Positions 47,921-60,100 are shown, numbered from the stretch's first letter. The stretch: 64,000 nucleotides of DNA from Azolla caroliniana (GCA_043228905.1 JBHGNT010000010.1:15748001-15812000), one strand, 5' to 3'. The notes: a model not told the origin generated them from the letters alone. Made by a program: numbers and translations.

Positions 47921-48775
47921 GAGGCGGGACCGCGGGGGTCTCGAACCAAAGAGCAAGCGTGGGGGGGGAGAAAGAGAGAGAACCGGCTACGCAGGACCGG
48001 GGATACACAGGGACACGGCCCTTCAGCACGGAGAACGCGAACAGAGACCGACACAGACAGATGCGAATGACTTAATATGTATATTAAGAAAATGGCTAAC
48101 ACTACTACAACCCTCGATGGGGCACAGGTTGGTTACAACCGAACAGGCCGGCGAACAGATGCCGATGCCTGCTCGCTTCGACGCACAAAACGGGCAAAAA
48201 GGGCTGGGGGGGGGTAGCCGGTTGGAGGCGCTGCCGGAAGCACTCGGGCGTTCCTCGAAACAGCGCGAGCCTCCTCGGAACCCTGCACAGAAAGCTATGG
48301 AGCTCAAGAAGGAAGGAAACAGAGAGAGAGAAGCGTCCAGAAACGGTCCGACAGCACTTCGTCCTCTCCGCGCGAGATCCCCTGCAACAGCTCTTTCCTG
48401 CTCTTATATAGCCCGACGAGCAGGCCGTCCTGTCATCTTTATTCCCTGTCCCTTTCGAACAGGGATCCGCTCCGTTCTTCGCGCATCCGCGTAGTTACGC
48501 CGCCGACTCGTGCCGTCCCTTAGCTCGCGCGCGCGACCGAAAAGACTGTTCGCGCGGTCTTTGTCTCTACCTATGTTCGGGCCCGTTCCTGCCGATTATC
48601 CCCCTAACTCGCTTCTTCGTACTACTTGGAGCTTGCGCGCGTGAAGAACCGGTTCCCACGCCTAGGTGCGCCGATTCCGCCTATGGACGGTTTTCTTCAC
48701 GACATCCGCCCCCACCTAACCGCGCATCCTCCGGTATGCGCCAAGAGAGTTGGGACTGAGAAAACCGGCCCGTCT

Positions 48776-51700
48776 TCATTCCTCGCCCGTCGGTTCATCC
48801 TCGTTTTCGGATCGTTCGTCACTGCTGACCAGGAGAGCCGGGTCTGGCTCGTCGTCGTGTCGCTTCTTGAACGCTTTGATCCGCTTCCCTGCAACCGGTA
48901 TCGTCATTCTCGTGCCGTCGAGTTCCGCCAGGTGGTATGTCCCGTTGTCATTGGCGCTCTGTACCACGTAAGGCCCGAACCACCTTCGTGCGAACTTCCG
49001 TGTAGCTCGGTGCTGGTTGTCGAGGCTGCTATCGTAGACGAGCACCCAGTCACCTTCTTCGATTTTCTTCGGTCGGAGCCGGTGCGTTCGGTCGAACCTG
49101 GCTTTGTTCTTTTTCCTCGCTACTCGGAGCTTCTCCGTAGCCAGTTCCACGTCCTCCGGTCTCCGCTCGAGCTGTCGTATGCGCGCGGCCAACAACTCCT
49201 CCCGGCTCATCTCGTCCCTCCAGTCGACCGTTGCCCACGAGGAGATCGTCCGTTCCATCGGCATGATCGGCTTCTGGCCGAACATGAGCTCTGTCGGCAT
49301 GTACCCGGTTACCGAACTGTGCGTGGTCCGGTCTGCCCACAAAGCATAAGGTAGCAACCGCGGCCAGTCACCGACTCGGCCTCCGCATGCCCGAACCAAC
49401 GCCTTGACGATCGGTCCGTGTCCTCGCTCCACCTTTCCATTCGCCTCCGGATTGTACGCAGTGGTGAGCGAGAGCTTGACTCCCAGCCGGTCGAACAGCT
49501 CCGCGGCTTCTTCGGCGTCCAACTCCCCTCGGTCAGCCACGATCTTCCCGACGCACCCGTACCGGCATATCACGTCCTCGATTAGGAACCGGCATACGGC
49601 CGCGGTCGTTTTGTTCGGAAGGGCCCGGCCTTCCACCTGGTTCGTCAGATCCTCCCGCGCTAGGACCAGGTACCGCATCTGTCCTACTCCCATTGGCATC
49701 GTTACTAGATCTACCATCCATTTGAAATGGATGGCCGGAGGGTACGTAGGGTGAAGCTCGTCTCGATGTCGGACTACGGAGTGCATCTGGCAGCTCTCGC
49801 AAGTTGTCACGAACCGATGCACGTCCTGGTACTGCCCCGGCCACCAATACTTCCCCTTCAGTTTCTCAAACGTAGCCCATGTTCCACGGTGTCCAGCCCA
49901 AGGGCTGTCGTGGTAGGCCGTCAGCAGCTCCTCCTGTTCTTCCTTCATCGCCACCACCCGGAGCGGAACGCCGTCCTTCTTCTTCGGGTGCTTCCATAGA
50001 TAGCCATCCCGGAGAAAGAACCGGTACGCTTTCTTCCGGATCCGGTTGGCCTCGTCCTTCGTCCATGACGCATCGGGCGTCATTGTCTTCAGAAACCCAC
50101 CGATCTGCAGCCACTCCCCGTCGTACTTGCTCGCGTCGAAGTCGTTAAGCGCCGGAGTGCTTGTTCCGTCGGTTGCTACATACGCAGTCTCGAAGAAGTC
50201 CACGCCGACGTCTTCGTCCTCCGAAACCATGCCGCCCTCGTCATCGAATCTTGCCCTTGAAAGCATGTCGGCCATGGCGTTGTCTTTCCCGGAAATGTGT
50301 CGTATTTCCGGGTCCAGGGACTTGATGTACGCTATCCACCTGAGCATTGCCAGGTCCGGCGTCGCGCATCCGGAAATCATGCCGAGAATCGGCATGCAAT
50401 CCGTCTCTATAATTACCTCTGTCCCGATCAGATAGTCCTTGTCGGCCTTCACCGCCGAAACGATACCCCAGAGCTCGCGTTTAACCTGGGCGTATCCTCG
50501 CTGCCGTTCGCTGAGGACCTTCGCACCGAATCGGACCGGAAACCGATTGCCGTCCTCATCTTCTTGGTTGACGACCCACCCGATTCCGGTCGGACTCGTG
50601 TCAACCGTTATGTACACTGGGGTGCCCTTCCTGTAGACGGCCTTTCGGAGCGCCGGTGCTGCCGAAAGAGCCTCCTTCAGCTTCCGGACCGACTCCGTGT
50701 GCTTGTCTAGCCATTCGAATCTTCGCCCTTTCTTCAATAACCCGTACAGCGGCTCCGTGACGTGCGCGTAATGCGGGATCCATATGTGGTAGAATGCGCA
50801 TGCCCCCAGGAATCTTCGTACTTCCGTGACCGAGCTGCAGTCGGGCTTCATCGCGGAGATGGCTTCTACCTTTGCCGGAGACGGTTTCCGGCCATACGGC
50901 CCACATAAGTGTCCGACCACCATGATTTCCGACTGCCCGAAGGCTGATTTCTCCCCCGAGAAGGTTAGCCTCGCATCCTCTAGCCTTTGCAGCACCTTCT
51001 CGCAGTCGTCGATGTGCGTTACCACGAATCGCCGGCATCCGTCCGGCCCGATCGTCTCGTCCTTCTCTTCTACCGGGCATCCCTTGATCGGGATGTCGTC
51101 TAGAAACGGCATGGTGATGTCCGGGATGCAGTCCCTCAGCACCTTGTTCATTGCATTCACCATGTGGGCCACCGAGTTGGTCCCTCCTTGCGGCAGCGTA
51201 CACATCCGCACTAGGCCGAGGGGAGTTCGCATCGTCGTAATGTCTCTGCTCTCCACGGCTAGCTGGAACTGGTCGTACCCTGAATATAGATCACCGACCG
51301 AGTAAATCGACCTTCCGGCGAAGGCCTCCGCGAACTCATCTATGGTCGGTCCGATCCCTGCGTTCCGAATGGTCACCCTATTGACCGGTTGCAGGTCCTG
51401 AATGAAGCGCAACGATCCGTTTTTCTTTGGTACGGTAAACCACCGGTTCGAGTACGGGGCGCTCGATGGCTCGAGAATGCCCATATCGACTTTCTGCTTC
51501 AACAGCTCCATCAACTTCGGGATGTGAGCTCTCGGAACCGGAATTGGCTTGAGATTCCACGGTACATGCGGTACCGTGAATATCACCATCGGCTCTACGG
51601 TCGTCGGGTCTACGCACCCGATTTCCTCCGGTGAGAATGCGAAGGCTTTCCCGTGCCTTCCGAGCATTCTCCGGAACCGGTCTTCCTCCGCCGGCAGTAG

Positions 51701-52264
51701 GAACCCGCCCCCACCGATCTTCAGCTCACGGAGCGTCTCGTTGGTGAAGGTGTGTCCTATGCAGGCCGGATTCCGTAAGCTGGGGTCCGATGCAACCCCT
51801 TTGATTCGGGATTCGCTGCCCTCCGGTAGGGGCGCCGCAACTGGCCTCACCTTCCGGTCCACAGTCTTGTACTTGGTGCTAACTCGGGCCGTCCGTTCCG
51901 ACTCGAGCCCTCGACCGAAGTCCGCGATGACTTCGTACATTTTTTCTGAACATACCGGTATCGCCCGGTCCTCGATAAGGTCTTCTTCGACTACCCTCCC
52001 CAGCATTCCCAAGGTGTCGTCGAAGGAGACTGCCTCCACGGCTCCGTTGATTTCTTCGTCAGGGCCGAGAACTCCGCACGCCCGAAGTCTCCCCTCCGTC
52101 TTGGTTTTCTCTCGGCCGGTGATGCCGACCAACGCACATGCTCCGCTGTCGGAGAAGCAAAATTTCCTACCTATTGTACACGTTTTTTTTGTACAGATGT
52201 GGGGTTTTCCCGGAGCATCCGGACTGTCGCGGCCCCACGCCTTGGCAGTCCTCTCTAAAAATCC
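48776..52264 (-). CDS. pol: Gypsy ORF2: RT, RNase H and integrase in the -1 frame relative to ORF1; no chromodomain
   Basis: RT DLYSGYDQF and FLDD, RNase H VDTSPTGIGWV, IN HHCC (YHDSPWAGH...CESC), DDE and GPY motifs. The frame is open from the slippery site at 52264. Confidence 0.92.
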   Translation of the reverse strand, partial: GFLERTAKAWGRDSPDAPGKPHICTKKTCTIGRKFCFSDSGACALVGITGREKTKTEGRLRACGVLGPDEEINGAVEAVSFDDTLGMLGRVVEEDLIEDRAIPVCSEKMYEVIADFGRGLESERTARVSTKYKTVDRKVRPVAAPLPEGSESRIKGVASDPSLRNPACIGHTFTNETLRELKIGGGGFLLPAEEDRFRRMLGRHGKAFAFSPEEIGCVDPTTVEPMVIFTVPHVPWNLKPIPVPRAHIPKLMELLKQKVDMGILEPSSAPYSNRWFTVPKKNGSLRFIQDLQPVNRVTIRNAGIGPTIDEFAEAFAGRSIYSVGDLYSGYDQFQLAVESRDITTMRTPLGLVRMCTLPQGGTNSVAHMVNAMNKVLRDCIPDITMPFLDDIPIKGCPVEEKDETIGPDGCRRFVVTHIDDCEKVLQRLEDARLTFSGEKSAFGQSEIMVVGHLCGPYGRKPSPAKVEAISAMKPDCSSVTEVRRFLGACAFYHIWIPHYAHVTEPLYGLLKKGRRFEWLDKHTESVRKLKEALSAAPALRKAVYRKGTPVYITVDTSPTGIGWVVNQEDEDGNRFPVRFGAKVLSERQRGYAQVKRELWGIVSAVKADKDYLIGTEVIIETDCMPILGMISGCATPDLAMLRWIAYIKSLDPEIRHISGKDNAMADMLSRARFDDEGGMVSEDEDVGVDFFETAYVATDGTSTPALNDFDASKYDGEWLQIGGFLKTMTPDASWTKDEANRIRKKAYRFFLRDGYLWKHPKKKDGVPLRVVAMKEEQEELLTAYHDSPWAGHRGTWATFEKLKGKYWWPGQYQDVHRFVTTCESCQMHSVVRHRDELHPTYPPAIHFKWMVDLVTMPMGVGQMRYLVLAREDLTNQVEGRALPNKTTAAVCRFLIEDVICRYGCVGKIVADRGELDAEEAAELFDRLGVKLSLTTAYNPEANGKVERGHGPIVKALVRACGGRVGDWPRLLPYALWADRTTHSSVTGYMPTELMFGQKPIMPMERTISSWATVDWRDEMSREELLAARIRQLERRPEDVELATEKLRVARKKNKARFDRTHRLRPKKIEEGDWVLVYDSSLDNQHRATRKFARRWFGPYVVQSANDNGTYHLAELDGTRMTIPVAGKRIKAFKKRHDDEPDPALLVSSDERSENEDEPTGEE
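52199..52264 (-). promoter_or_regulatory. Candidate -1 programmed ribosomal frameshift signal (slippery heptamer plus pseudoknot)
   Basis: G GAU UUU at 52264-52258 directly before the ORF1 stop; 6-nt spacer; stem GGACUG/CAGUCC; loop GUGGGG complementary to downstream CCCCAC. Confidence 0.75.
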
Positions 52265-54381
52265 TCTCGGTTTTCGGAACCGAGGGAGTCGCGGTTACGT
52301 TCGTGGTTCGGCCGTACCGTCAGAAACTGGACCGAATGGCGCCCGTCTTGGCTTTTGACCCTCGCGTAGGCCGAACCGTTGTCCAGCACCTTGGTCTCCA
52401 TTCGCGCCGCCGTGATGTACGGCTCCCCCAGTATGACCGGATGCGAAGATGTCTCCTGCACGAAGAAGTGCTGGTCAATCCCGACGTCGCCGATCTTGAC
52501 TCGCACATTCGGACAGGCCCCGTGCAGCTCCTCGGTGGCACGCGTTGCCGCCCTTATTTTCCACCCGTGCTTGGTGTTGATCGGCCATTTGCCCTTTTTA
52601 TAGAAGTCCATGGACATCAAGTTGATCTCCGATCCGTGGTCCACCAAAGCTATCACCGGTTCCTGGACATCGCCGATCTTCACCGGGGTTTCCGTGGTCG
52701 CTCGGGCCCAGTGTGGTCTCGAATAGTGGCTTTCCGCCCACTCGTCTCCCAGCGCCATGTCGTCTAGGTGCGTCGTCCGCACTTCCACTGGTCTTTCCGG
52801 TTCTGTCTCCGTTGACAGCCTCTTCCGTTTCACCAAGTCCACGATGGAGTCGTGGAACTCCTTCTTGGCGATTCCCAGCACCTCTCGTAACGACAGCTCC
52901 ACCTTGCTGTCGAGGATCCGTTCCTCCAGGACCTTTCGTAAGTCCGTGGTCCTTTCTATCTCCGTCCCCAGACGGTACCCGCCCTTCTGGGGTTTATCTT
53001 TCGTACCGGCCCCGCCGGCTTCGTCCCGTCGTGGCCCGGACCGGGTCTCGTATCGTTGTGAGGGCCCGGTCGTCCCGGGCTTCCCCACCCGCTTCTCTTC
53101 TACCAGAGCCCCGTAGTTCTGGCAAGCGGCTTCCACGAAGCCCGCCCTTTCCTCGACCGGGTCGCTCCACCCGGTTATCTCCCGTACTCGTTTCTCCGCG
53201 CGGTCCGATTCCTCCCCTTCAAGCCTGGCACCGGCAAGGCCTCCCAGCATCGTCGGCCAGAATCCGGCTTTGCTTTCCTTTTGGGCCTCGCCGCCCCCGA
53301 CTCGAATGCCGGCCGACGCCGAGTAGTGGACGGTTTCCGCGTGTCGGGCCGCTGCCTCTTCCATCAACCTTTTCATACCACCTCGCCCGTCGTTTCGGCT
53401 CAGGGCCCTTCGGGTGTCGCTGGCATGCACCCGCCCTTCCCACAGGTACACCACCCTGTCCCTTAGCGCCTCCGCGAAGTCGCCGCAGTCCTTCCGAATG
53501 TGGCCGACTTCATCGCACCACATGCACCTGTTTCCTGCCGCCGGCCGTCGGTCACGAGCCGGTTCGCCACCTTCCCTTCGGGCTTGCGCGATTTGGAGGT
53601 CCTTTACCGCCCTCGTCAATTCCTCCAGCGCCGCTCCTCCGGTTGAGCCTCTGACTACGCCGGTCGAAGCCGAACCGGTTTCCAACCACTCTCGGGTCTC
53701 TTCCTTCCGCACCTGTGGCGCTGGTTCGAACTTCCTTGCTGCGACCGAGCCCGACCCGGCCGCCCCGTTATCCGCCCATTCTCGCCGTTTGTCGAAACGG
53801 CCACAGACTTTCTTGACAGCCGCCCAGTCGATGGTGAGCCCGTCTTCGGTTTCTAGCAAGAGGCCCACGTGCTCCCGATCCCGCTCGTCGACCGACTTGA
53901 CGAACAGCAAGACCCGGCTCGTGTCCAGGATGGTTCGGTCGAGCGCCGAAAGGCGCGCAAAGTTTTCCTCGAACTCCCGGAGGAGTGCCGTCGCGTTTCT
54001 TCCCTTCCCCGGGGACTCCACCCATTCCATGAACCTTCGCTTCGAAAGCCGGAGCGCGTCGTCCAGCCCGTATTTCTCTAGGAGCCGGCCTTCGAACTCC
54101 TCCCAGGTACGGCTCTCCGCCCGCACCTCGAGCACCTCCGCATGGATGCTCGGCATTGCCACTCGGGGAAATCCGGCAAGAGGCCTTTCTTCCGGAATGT
54201 CCCGCATCAACATTTCTGCACCGTAGGACGCCAGATACTTCGTGGCATCCCTCCCATCGAACTGGCCGATCGTGCCGACGACCGCCTCAATAGCTCTGTC
54301 GAGGGCACCGGTGCCCTCGCGCGCGTTTACAATCCGATCCACGGCCGAAGCCATGGCTTCTGCAAGATCCGACCCCCTCAT
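52255..54381 (-). CDS. gag: Gypsy ORF1: Gag, zinc knuckle and aspartic protease
   Basis: Uninterrupted ORF (first ATG at 54381, just after the PBS) with knuckle CMWCDEVGHIRKDC and protease ALVDHGSEINLM...VILGEPY; ends GAG GAT TTT TAG. Confidence 0.9.
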   Translation of the reverse strand: MRGSDLAEAMASAVDRIVNAREGTGALDRAIEAVVGTIGQFDGRDATKYLASYGAEMLMRDIPEERPLAGFPRVAMPSIHAEVLEVRAESRTWEEFEGRLLEKYGLDDALRLSKRRFMEWVESPGKGRNATALLREFEENFARLSALDRTILDTSRVLLFVKSVDERDREHVGLLLETEDGLTIDWAAVKKVCGRFDKRREWADNGAAGSGSVAARKFEPAPQVRKEETREWLETGSASTGVVRGSTGGAALEELTRAVKDLQIAQARREGGEPARDRRPAAGNRCMWCDEVGHIRKDCGDFAEALRDRVVYLWEGRVHASDTRRALSRNDGRGGMKRLMEEAAARHAETVHYSASAGIRVGGGEAQKESKAGFWPTMLGGLAGARLEGEESDRAEKRVREITGWSDPVEERAGFVEAACQNYGALVEEKRVGKPGTTGPSQRYETRSGPRRDEAGGAGTKDKPQKGGYRLGTEIERTTDLRKVLEERILDSKVELSLREVLGIAKKEFHDSIVDLVKRKRLSTETEPERPVEVRTTHLDDMALGDEWAESHYSRPHWARATTETPVKIGDVQEPVIALVDHGSEINLMSMDFYKKGKWPINTKHGWKIRAATRATEELHGACPNVRVKIGDVGIDQHFFVQETSSHPVILGEPYITAARMETKVLDNGSAYARVKSQDGRHSVQFLTVRPNHERNRDSLGSENREDF

Positions 54382-57195
54382 CTTCTGCTCTTCTGCCGCC
54401 TCTTTCACGTCGGGTTCACCAAAGATGTCGAGATATTACGCAAGTGCGTGTGGAATCGAGGCGGGACCGCGGGGGTCTCGAACCAAAGAGCAGGCGTGGG
54501 GGGGGAGAAAGAGAGAGAACCGGCTACGCAGGACCGGGGATACACAGGGACACGGCCCTTCAGCACGGAGAACGCGAACAGAGACCGACACAGACAGATG
54601 CGAATGACTTAATATGTATATTAAGAAAATGGCTAACACTACTACAACCCTCGATGGGGCACAGGTTGGTTACAACCGAACAGGCCGGCGAACAGATGCC
54701 GATGCCTGCTCGCTTCGACGCACAAAACGGGCAAAAAGGGCTGGGGGGGGGTAGCCGGTTGGAGGCGCTGCCGGAAGCACTCGGGCGTTCCTCGAAACAG
54801 CGCGAGCCTCCTCGGAACCCTGCACAGAAAGCTATGGAGCTCAAGAAGGAAGGAAACAGAGAGAGAGAAGCGTCCAGAAACGGTCCGACAGCACTTCGTC
54901 CTCTCCGCGCGAGATCCCCTGCAACAGCTCTTTCCTGCTCTTATATAGCCCGACGAGCAGGCCGTCCTGTCATCTTTATTCCCTGTCCCTTTCGAACAGG
55001 GATCCGCTCCGTTCTTCGCGCATCCGCGTAGTTACGCCGCCGACTCGTGCCGTCCCTTAGCTCGCGCGCGCGACCGAAAAGACTGTTCGCGCGGTCTTTG
55101 TCTCTACCTATGTTAGGGCCCGTTCCTGCCGATTATCCCCCTAACTCGCTTCTTCGTACTACTTGGAGCTTGCGCGCGTGAAGAACCGGTTCCCACGCCT
55201 AGGTGCGCCGATTCCGCCTATGGACGGTTTTCTTCACGACAACGTGAGACCTAGGGAGAAGGCTGGTGGCGACAGGAGAACGGGACCCGGCAATACCGAG
55301 AAGGACGGACGGACCCGGACGAGAACCGTGCGGAACGGACTCCCGGATGACCATTCCGGGAGGGAGGAAAAGAGCCGCCCTACGAAGAGGCCGAGAAGAC
55401 AGTACGTCGGTACCACGGGAGAGGGTGCGGAGTAAACCGCCCTCTCGGCGTGCGGAAAAGGACGACCCGGGACAGGGTCAGGAAGACAAATCGGAGGCCC
55501 AAGGAGGATCCTTCACACCGGTTCTAGAGACTTCGGCAGTCGGCAACGCGGTTGACGTAAGACCAAGATACTGACGGTGGCGGCGAGGTGACGAGGGGAA
55601 AAAGGGCTACGGATGGGCGGTCTACGGAGATCCTCACACCGATCCGGCAGTTGGCCCGAGAGCCGGCGTGAGTCCTATAGGGAAGATCAGTGGCGGCAGG
55701 AGAACGTGATCGGACGGCAGGAGGCGACGAACGGCAAGGAGGTATTAGGCCGACGAGGCGGCTACGAACCGAATCGGACCTTCCGGCAAGGTCAGTAGGC
55801 GAAAGGAAGTCCGGTCCTAAGGGATCCCCACACTTAACTAGAGACTCTGGCAGTTCAGCCAACGTGGCAACATGAGACCGAGAAAGAAGGTCGGTGGCGG
55901 CGGGAAACGGGACCCGACTACGCGGAAGACACGAGGAGAGTCAAGGAGGGACTCAAACAAAAGACACCCGAATTTCAGCAAGCATAGAAACGGAGTTCGG
56001 TCCTATGGGACCCTCACACCGATCTGGAGACTCCGACAGTTCGGCCAACGTGGCAACGTGAGACCTAGGGAGAAGGATGGTGCCGGCAAGGAACGGGACC
56101 CGACGACACGAGGTAGCGGATAGGGAGCCGGTAAGACGGGCGGACGAAGTGTGAAACCCTCACCGGTCGGTTACGGTTTCGGAAGGAGCCGGTAGGGGCA
56201 AACACAGGGAGGTGTGTCAGGCCGGAAAGGCACACCTGGGGCGGAACAAGAGTCTCGCAAGTGGCCATCGCGGGCCGGATCGAAGCGTGACTGCGGGACG
56301 GTGTTCGGCGCGGGCGGAAGACAGCACAAGGGAGGTGTCGGGAACGAGGTGACGTAGTGGACTGCACAGGGTCAGAGTCAGGGGATGACAAGAGAGGCCG
56401 GAGGAGGACACCCACACTCGCTTCGAAGATCTCGGGAGCTCCGTCGAAGTAGTGAAGGTTGACACGGTAAGCCCGGGGTGACAAGCTGGTGGGGGCGAGG
56501 GGACAACGGCAAGCGGAAGACTCGGGACCTGATGCAGCAGCACGAAGACGGAAAGGGCCAAGCGGGCTACTACGGGGTGTTCCTCGGATGCGAAGGACAC
56601 CAGTATGCGGGTGAGCGGCGATGCACGATCTGGCCGGAAAAAGGGGGGGCGACAAGGCGTGCAATGAATCAGAGTACGGCACAGCCAGTGCCAAACAACT
56701 GACGAGTGAATATGGCACACGGAGATGCCAGAGCGGAAAGGCGAGCACGGAGATGGGTTGCGCGGTTTGGAGATAGCGCGTAGAAGGCCGAAAAGGATCC
56801 TCCACACCGTTCCGGAGACCATGGCGGTTCGAGCCGACGCGACGATGTAAGACCATGGAGAAGGAAGGTGGCGGTGAGAGGACGAAGGCAATGCGAAACA
56901 CCATGGGACGGCAATCAGGACAACACGAATGCTCAACAGAGGACATCGGGCATACGGCGGGGAGCGGGGCGTGCATACGGCCGAACAAGGGCCAGTGGAA
57001 GTACGCGTACTATGGAGATCGCGATGGAGGACCCATCGACGGGTCAAACGAGCCTACGGGGAGGTAAGCGCGAAGGAAGAACCAAAGCCGACGGATCTAA
57101 CCGGCAACGAGCCGGGATGCGGATTACGGAAGAACAGTTTCTCACCGGCTAAAATCTCTCACCCTTCACCGGAATTGGCACGTACCGGTGGACGT

Positions 57196-60100
57196 TGTCG
57201 TGAAGAATTTCGGCCATAGGCGAAAACCGGGAAACATTGGCTACATCGGCGGGGTGCAGCGTGTGTACGCACCCATGTACATTTAGTGTGAATATCGAGA
57301 GCGCCTTTATGGCGCCCAAGAGTAGTCAAGTCGGGACAGACGATCCCATGTAGGTCGGGGTTTGTCCCACATTGTAATGCATCCCTTTCCTTGATCTATA
57401 AAAGGAAGGGAACGCCCTTTGTGTAGGGGTTGCCCATTTTTGCATTAGAGGGTATACCGGTAGGTTTAGGGTTAGGTTTCTTCTGCTTCTTCTTCTTTCC
57501 CTTCATGTTCGCTTAGGTTTTGCTTCAGCTCATCTCCTACGCAAGACCCCGCTCGGCGCGACGAGCCCGTGAGCTCCCCGACGGCGGCTTGGCAGCAGAC
57601 AACTACTGTAACCTACCTCAGTCCGGCTCGAAGCCGGGAATGTATTCTTCTTCTATATATATACATATACGTTTGCGTCTGTCTGTGTATATTGGCGTCT
57701 TGTTGGTGTCAGGTGTTCCCCTTCTTCCCTGCGTTTCCTATACATAAGGGCGTGAGTCGGGTCGGGCTGTGTGTGCGTGTGTGTGCGTGAGTCGGTGTTA
57801 AGCACGCTCTCTCTCTCTCTCTCTCGCTCTCTCTCCCTTCGGTTGCTTCCGGTGTGTTTTTGAGATGCCCGAAAAGCAGTGAAGCACGACTTCCTACGCT
57901 CCGTCGCTCCCTAGTCCAAGACCCCCGTGGTCCCGCCTTTCCCCACGCACGCGCGTAACAATGCGACATCTTTGGTGAACCCGACGTGAAAGGCGGCAAG
58001 GGAGGATGGAGTCGGAAGACGATGAACTTGCGGAGATGGTGGCCGAAGTGGTGTTGGAGTCGGCACGAGTGGTGATAAGGCGAGAAGCAGCGCAACAAGC
58101 GGTTGAGCGAGTGGTCGAAAGAGTCAACCGTTTCAACGGGGACAAAGTCCCATCTTACTTGGAAGCCTACAACGCGGAAATGGAGGAGCGTGGCGTAGAC
58201 GAGGCGTTGAGGCTGGAGTTCTTCTGTCGGGTCGTAGCTGGCCGGATGCATGCGGAAATAAAGGAGCTCCGAGAGGCTCATAGTTCGTGGGAGGCCTTCG
58301 AAGAGGCGCTCCTGAAGGCATACGGAGGGCGGCGGAAGAGCCGGGGACGGCACGACTTTGACCAGTGGGTAGCATCGGCAAAGACCCACCGGGGCGCGAC
58401 CAAGGCGTTCCGAGAGTTCGAGCGACGGCTTGCTCGGCTCCCGGAGCGGGAACAAGGTTTGGTGGGGGTGGACAAAGTCCTTTTGTTCGTCAGGTCGATC
58501 GACCGAGCGGAACGGGAAGACATCGGGATTGAGCTCGAAGACGATGACGGAGCGAATGGGCTTACGGAGGACGGGTCGAAGGTCGGAAGGGTGTGCCAAC
58601 GGCTAGACAACGAGCGAGCTGAGAAGGCTAAGAGAAAGGTACGCGACGGCGTGCCATCACAGTGGGAAGAGGCCGAACGGCAAAGAGAGTCGGCAAGGAT
58701 CGGCGTTGGGGCCAGGATTGCGGAGGCATACGCAACTCTCGAGGCGATGCTCGAGGAAGAGGAAAGACGGAGGCCGCAAGCCGAGACTGAGAAGACGGAC
58801 TTGCCCCATGCGACGGCGGAAGATCGGTACGTCGGTACCACAGGAGAGGGTGCGGAACGAAACGCCCTCTCGACTTGCGGAGATAGAACGGCCAAGGACG
58901 AGGCCGAGCTACCGATCGCGGAACCGGAACGTTGGGACCACCAGTTTCGGGCGTGTCAGCCCGAGATCCCGGTCATTGGAGAAGCAAGCCCAGATGGGGC
59001 TTGCGCGATCGGTAAGAAGACGACCGCCGACCACGGAGAGCCGGTGGCTATGGACAAGGGCGTAAAACGGACGGGTGATTCCTTGTGTCTTCCCACACTT
59101 GCTCCCGAGACGATGGCAGTCGGGCCCGAGTGCCCACGAGAGTCCCAAGCGGAGGAAGGCAGCAGCGATAGGCCAAGAATCACCGGCGAGACGATACGGG
59201 GAAGGAACGGACGAAAGCCCACGGACCCGATTCCAGAGAACTCAGCATTCGGGCCCGCATGGCCATGTAAGACCGAGGAGATGGATGGCGGTACCGAGGA
59301 GTCCTGGCACGATGCCAGCGAAGTCGGATGGGAAACGACCTGCGAGGAGGCCAAGGACAGAAGCGGCACGAGGAGATCGTCATTCCGATACAGATGGGGC
59401 GTGATCCGGTCGTGGATCGTTTGATCGAGGCCGGATTCGGCATAGAGGTGCCAATACGGGAGAGGGTGCAGGACGAGCCGCCCTCTTTCACATGGGGAGA
59501 AAGACTGACTGGGCGAAGGTCGAGATTTGGGAAGAGAATGAAAGCCGGTCCTATGGGTTTCCTTACACCGATCCGGCTGCAGGCCCGAGTGCCGGCGTGA
59601 GTCCGACAAGAGAGATCGGTGGCGACACGAGAACGGGACTCGGCAATCCGGAGAAAGACGAACGAACACGAGGGAGAACCGGGCGGAGCGGACTCCCGGA
59701 TGACCATTCCAGGAGGGAGGAAGAGAGCTGGCCTACGAAGAGGCCGAGGACACGGTACGTCGGTACCACAGGAGAGGGTGCGGAACAAAATGCCCTCTCG
59801 GCATACGGAGAAGGACAACCCGGGACAGGGTCAGGAAGACAAATCGGCGGCCTACGGATGATCCTTCACACCAGTTCTAGAGACTTCGACAGTCGGCAAC
59901 ACGGTCGACGTAAGACCAAGATACTGACGGTGGCGGCGAGGTGACGAAGGCAAGGGCTACGGAAGGGCGGTCGATGAAGGATCCTTCACACCGGTTCTAG
60001 AGACTTCGGCAGTCGGCAACGCGGTCGACGTAAGACCAAGATACTGACGGTGGCGGCGAGGTGACGAAGACAATGGGCGTAAGGAAGTCCGGTCCTACGA

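Larger units (their letters stand above)
47921..55241 (-). mobile_element. Young autonomous non-chromovirus Ty3/Gypsy element, tRNA-Trp primed; 3' LTR lacks its terminal 32 bp
   Basis: 5' LTR 54426-55241 and 3' LTR 47921-48704 (about 2 SNPs seen). PBS TGGTGAACCCGACGTGA (54405-54421) is complementary to the plant tRNA-Trp 3' end. PPT GTTAGGTGGGGGCGGA at 48705-48720. Confidence 0.95.

Noticed and set aside
47865-55031. 195-209 aa plus-strand ORFs in the Gypsy LTRs and long antisense ORFs over gag/pol (e.g. 52713-53654, 53414-54226)
   Set aside because: Shadow ORFs of GC-rich sequence with no recognisable domains; they are duplicated only because the LTRs are.
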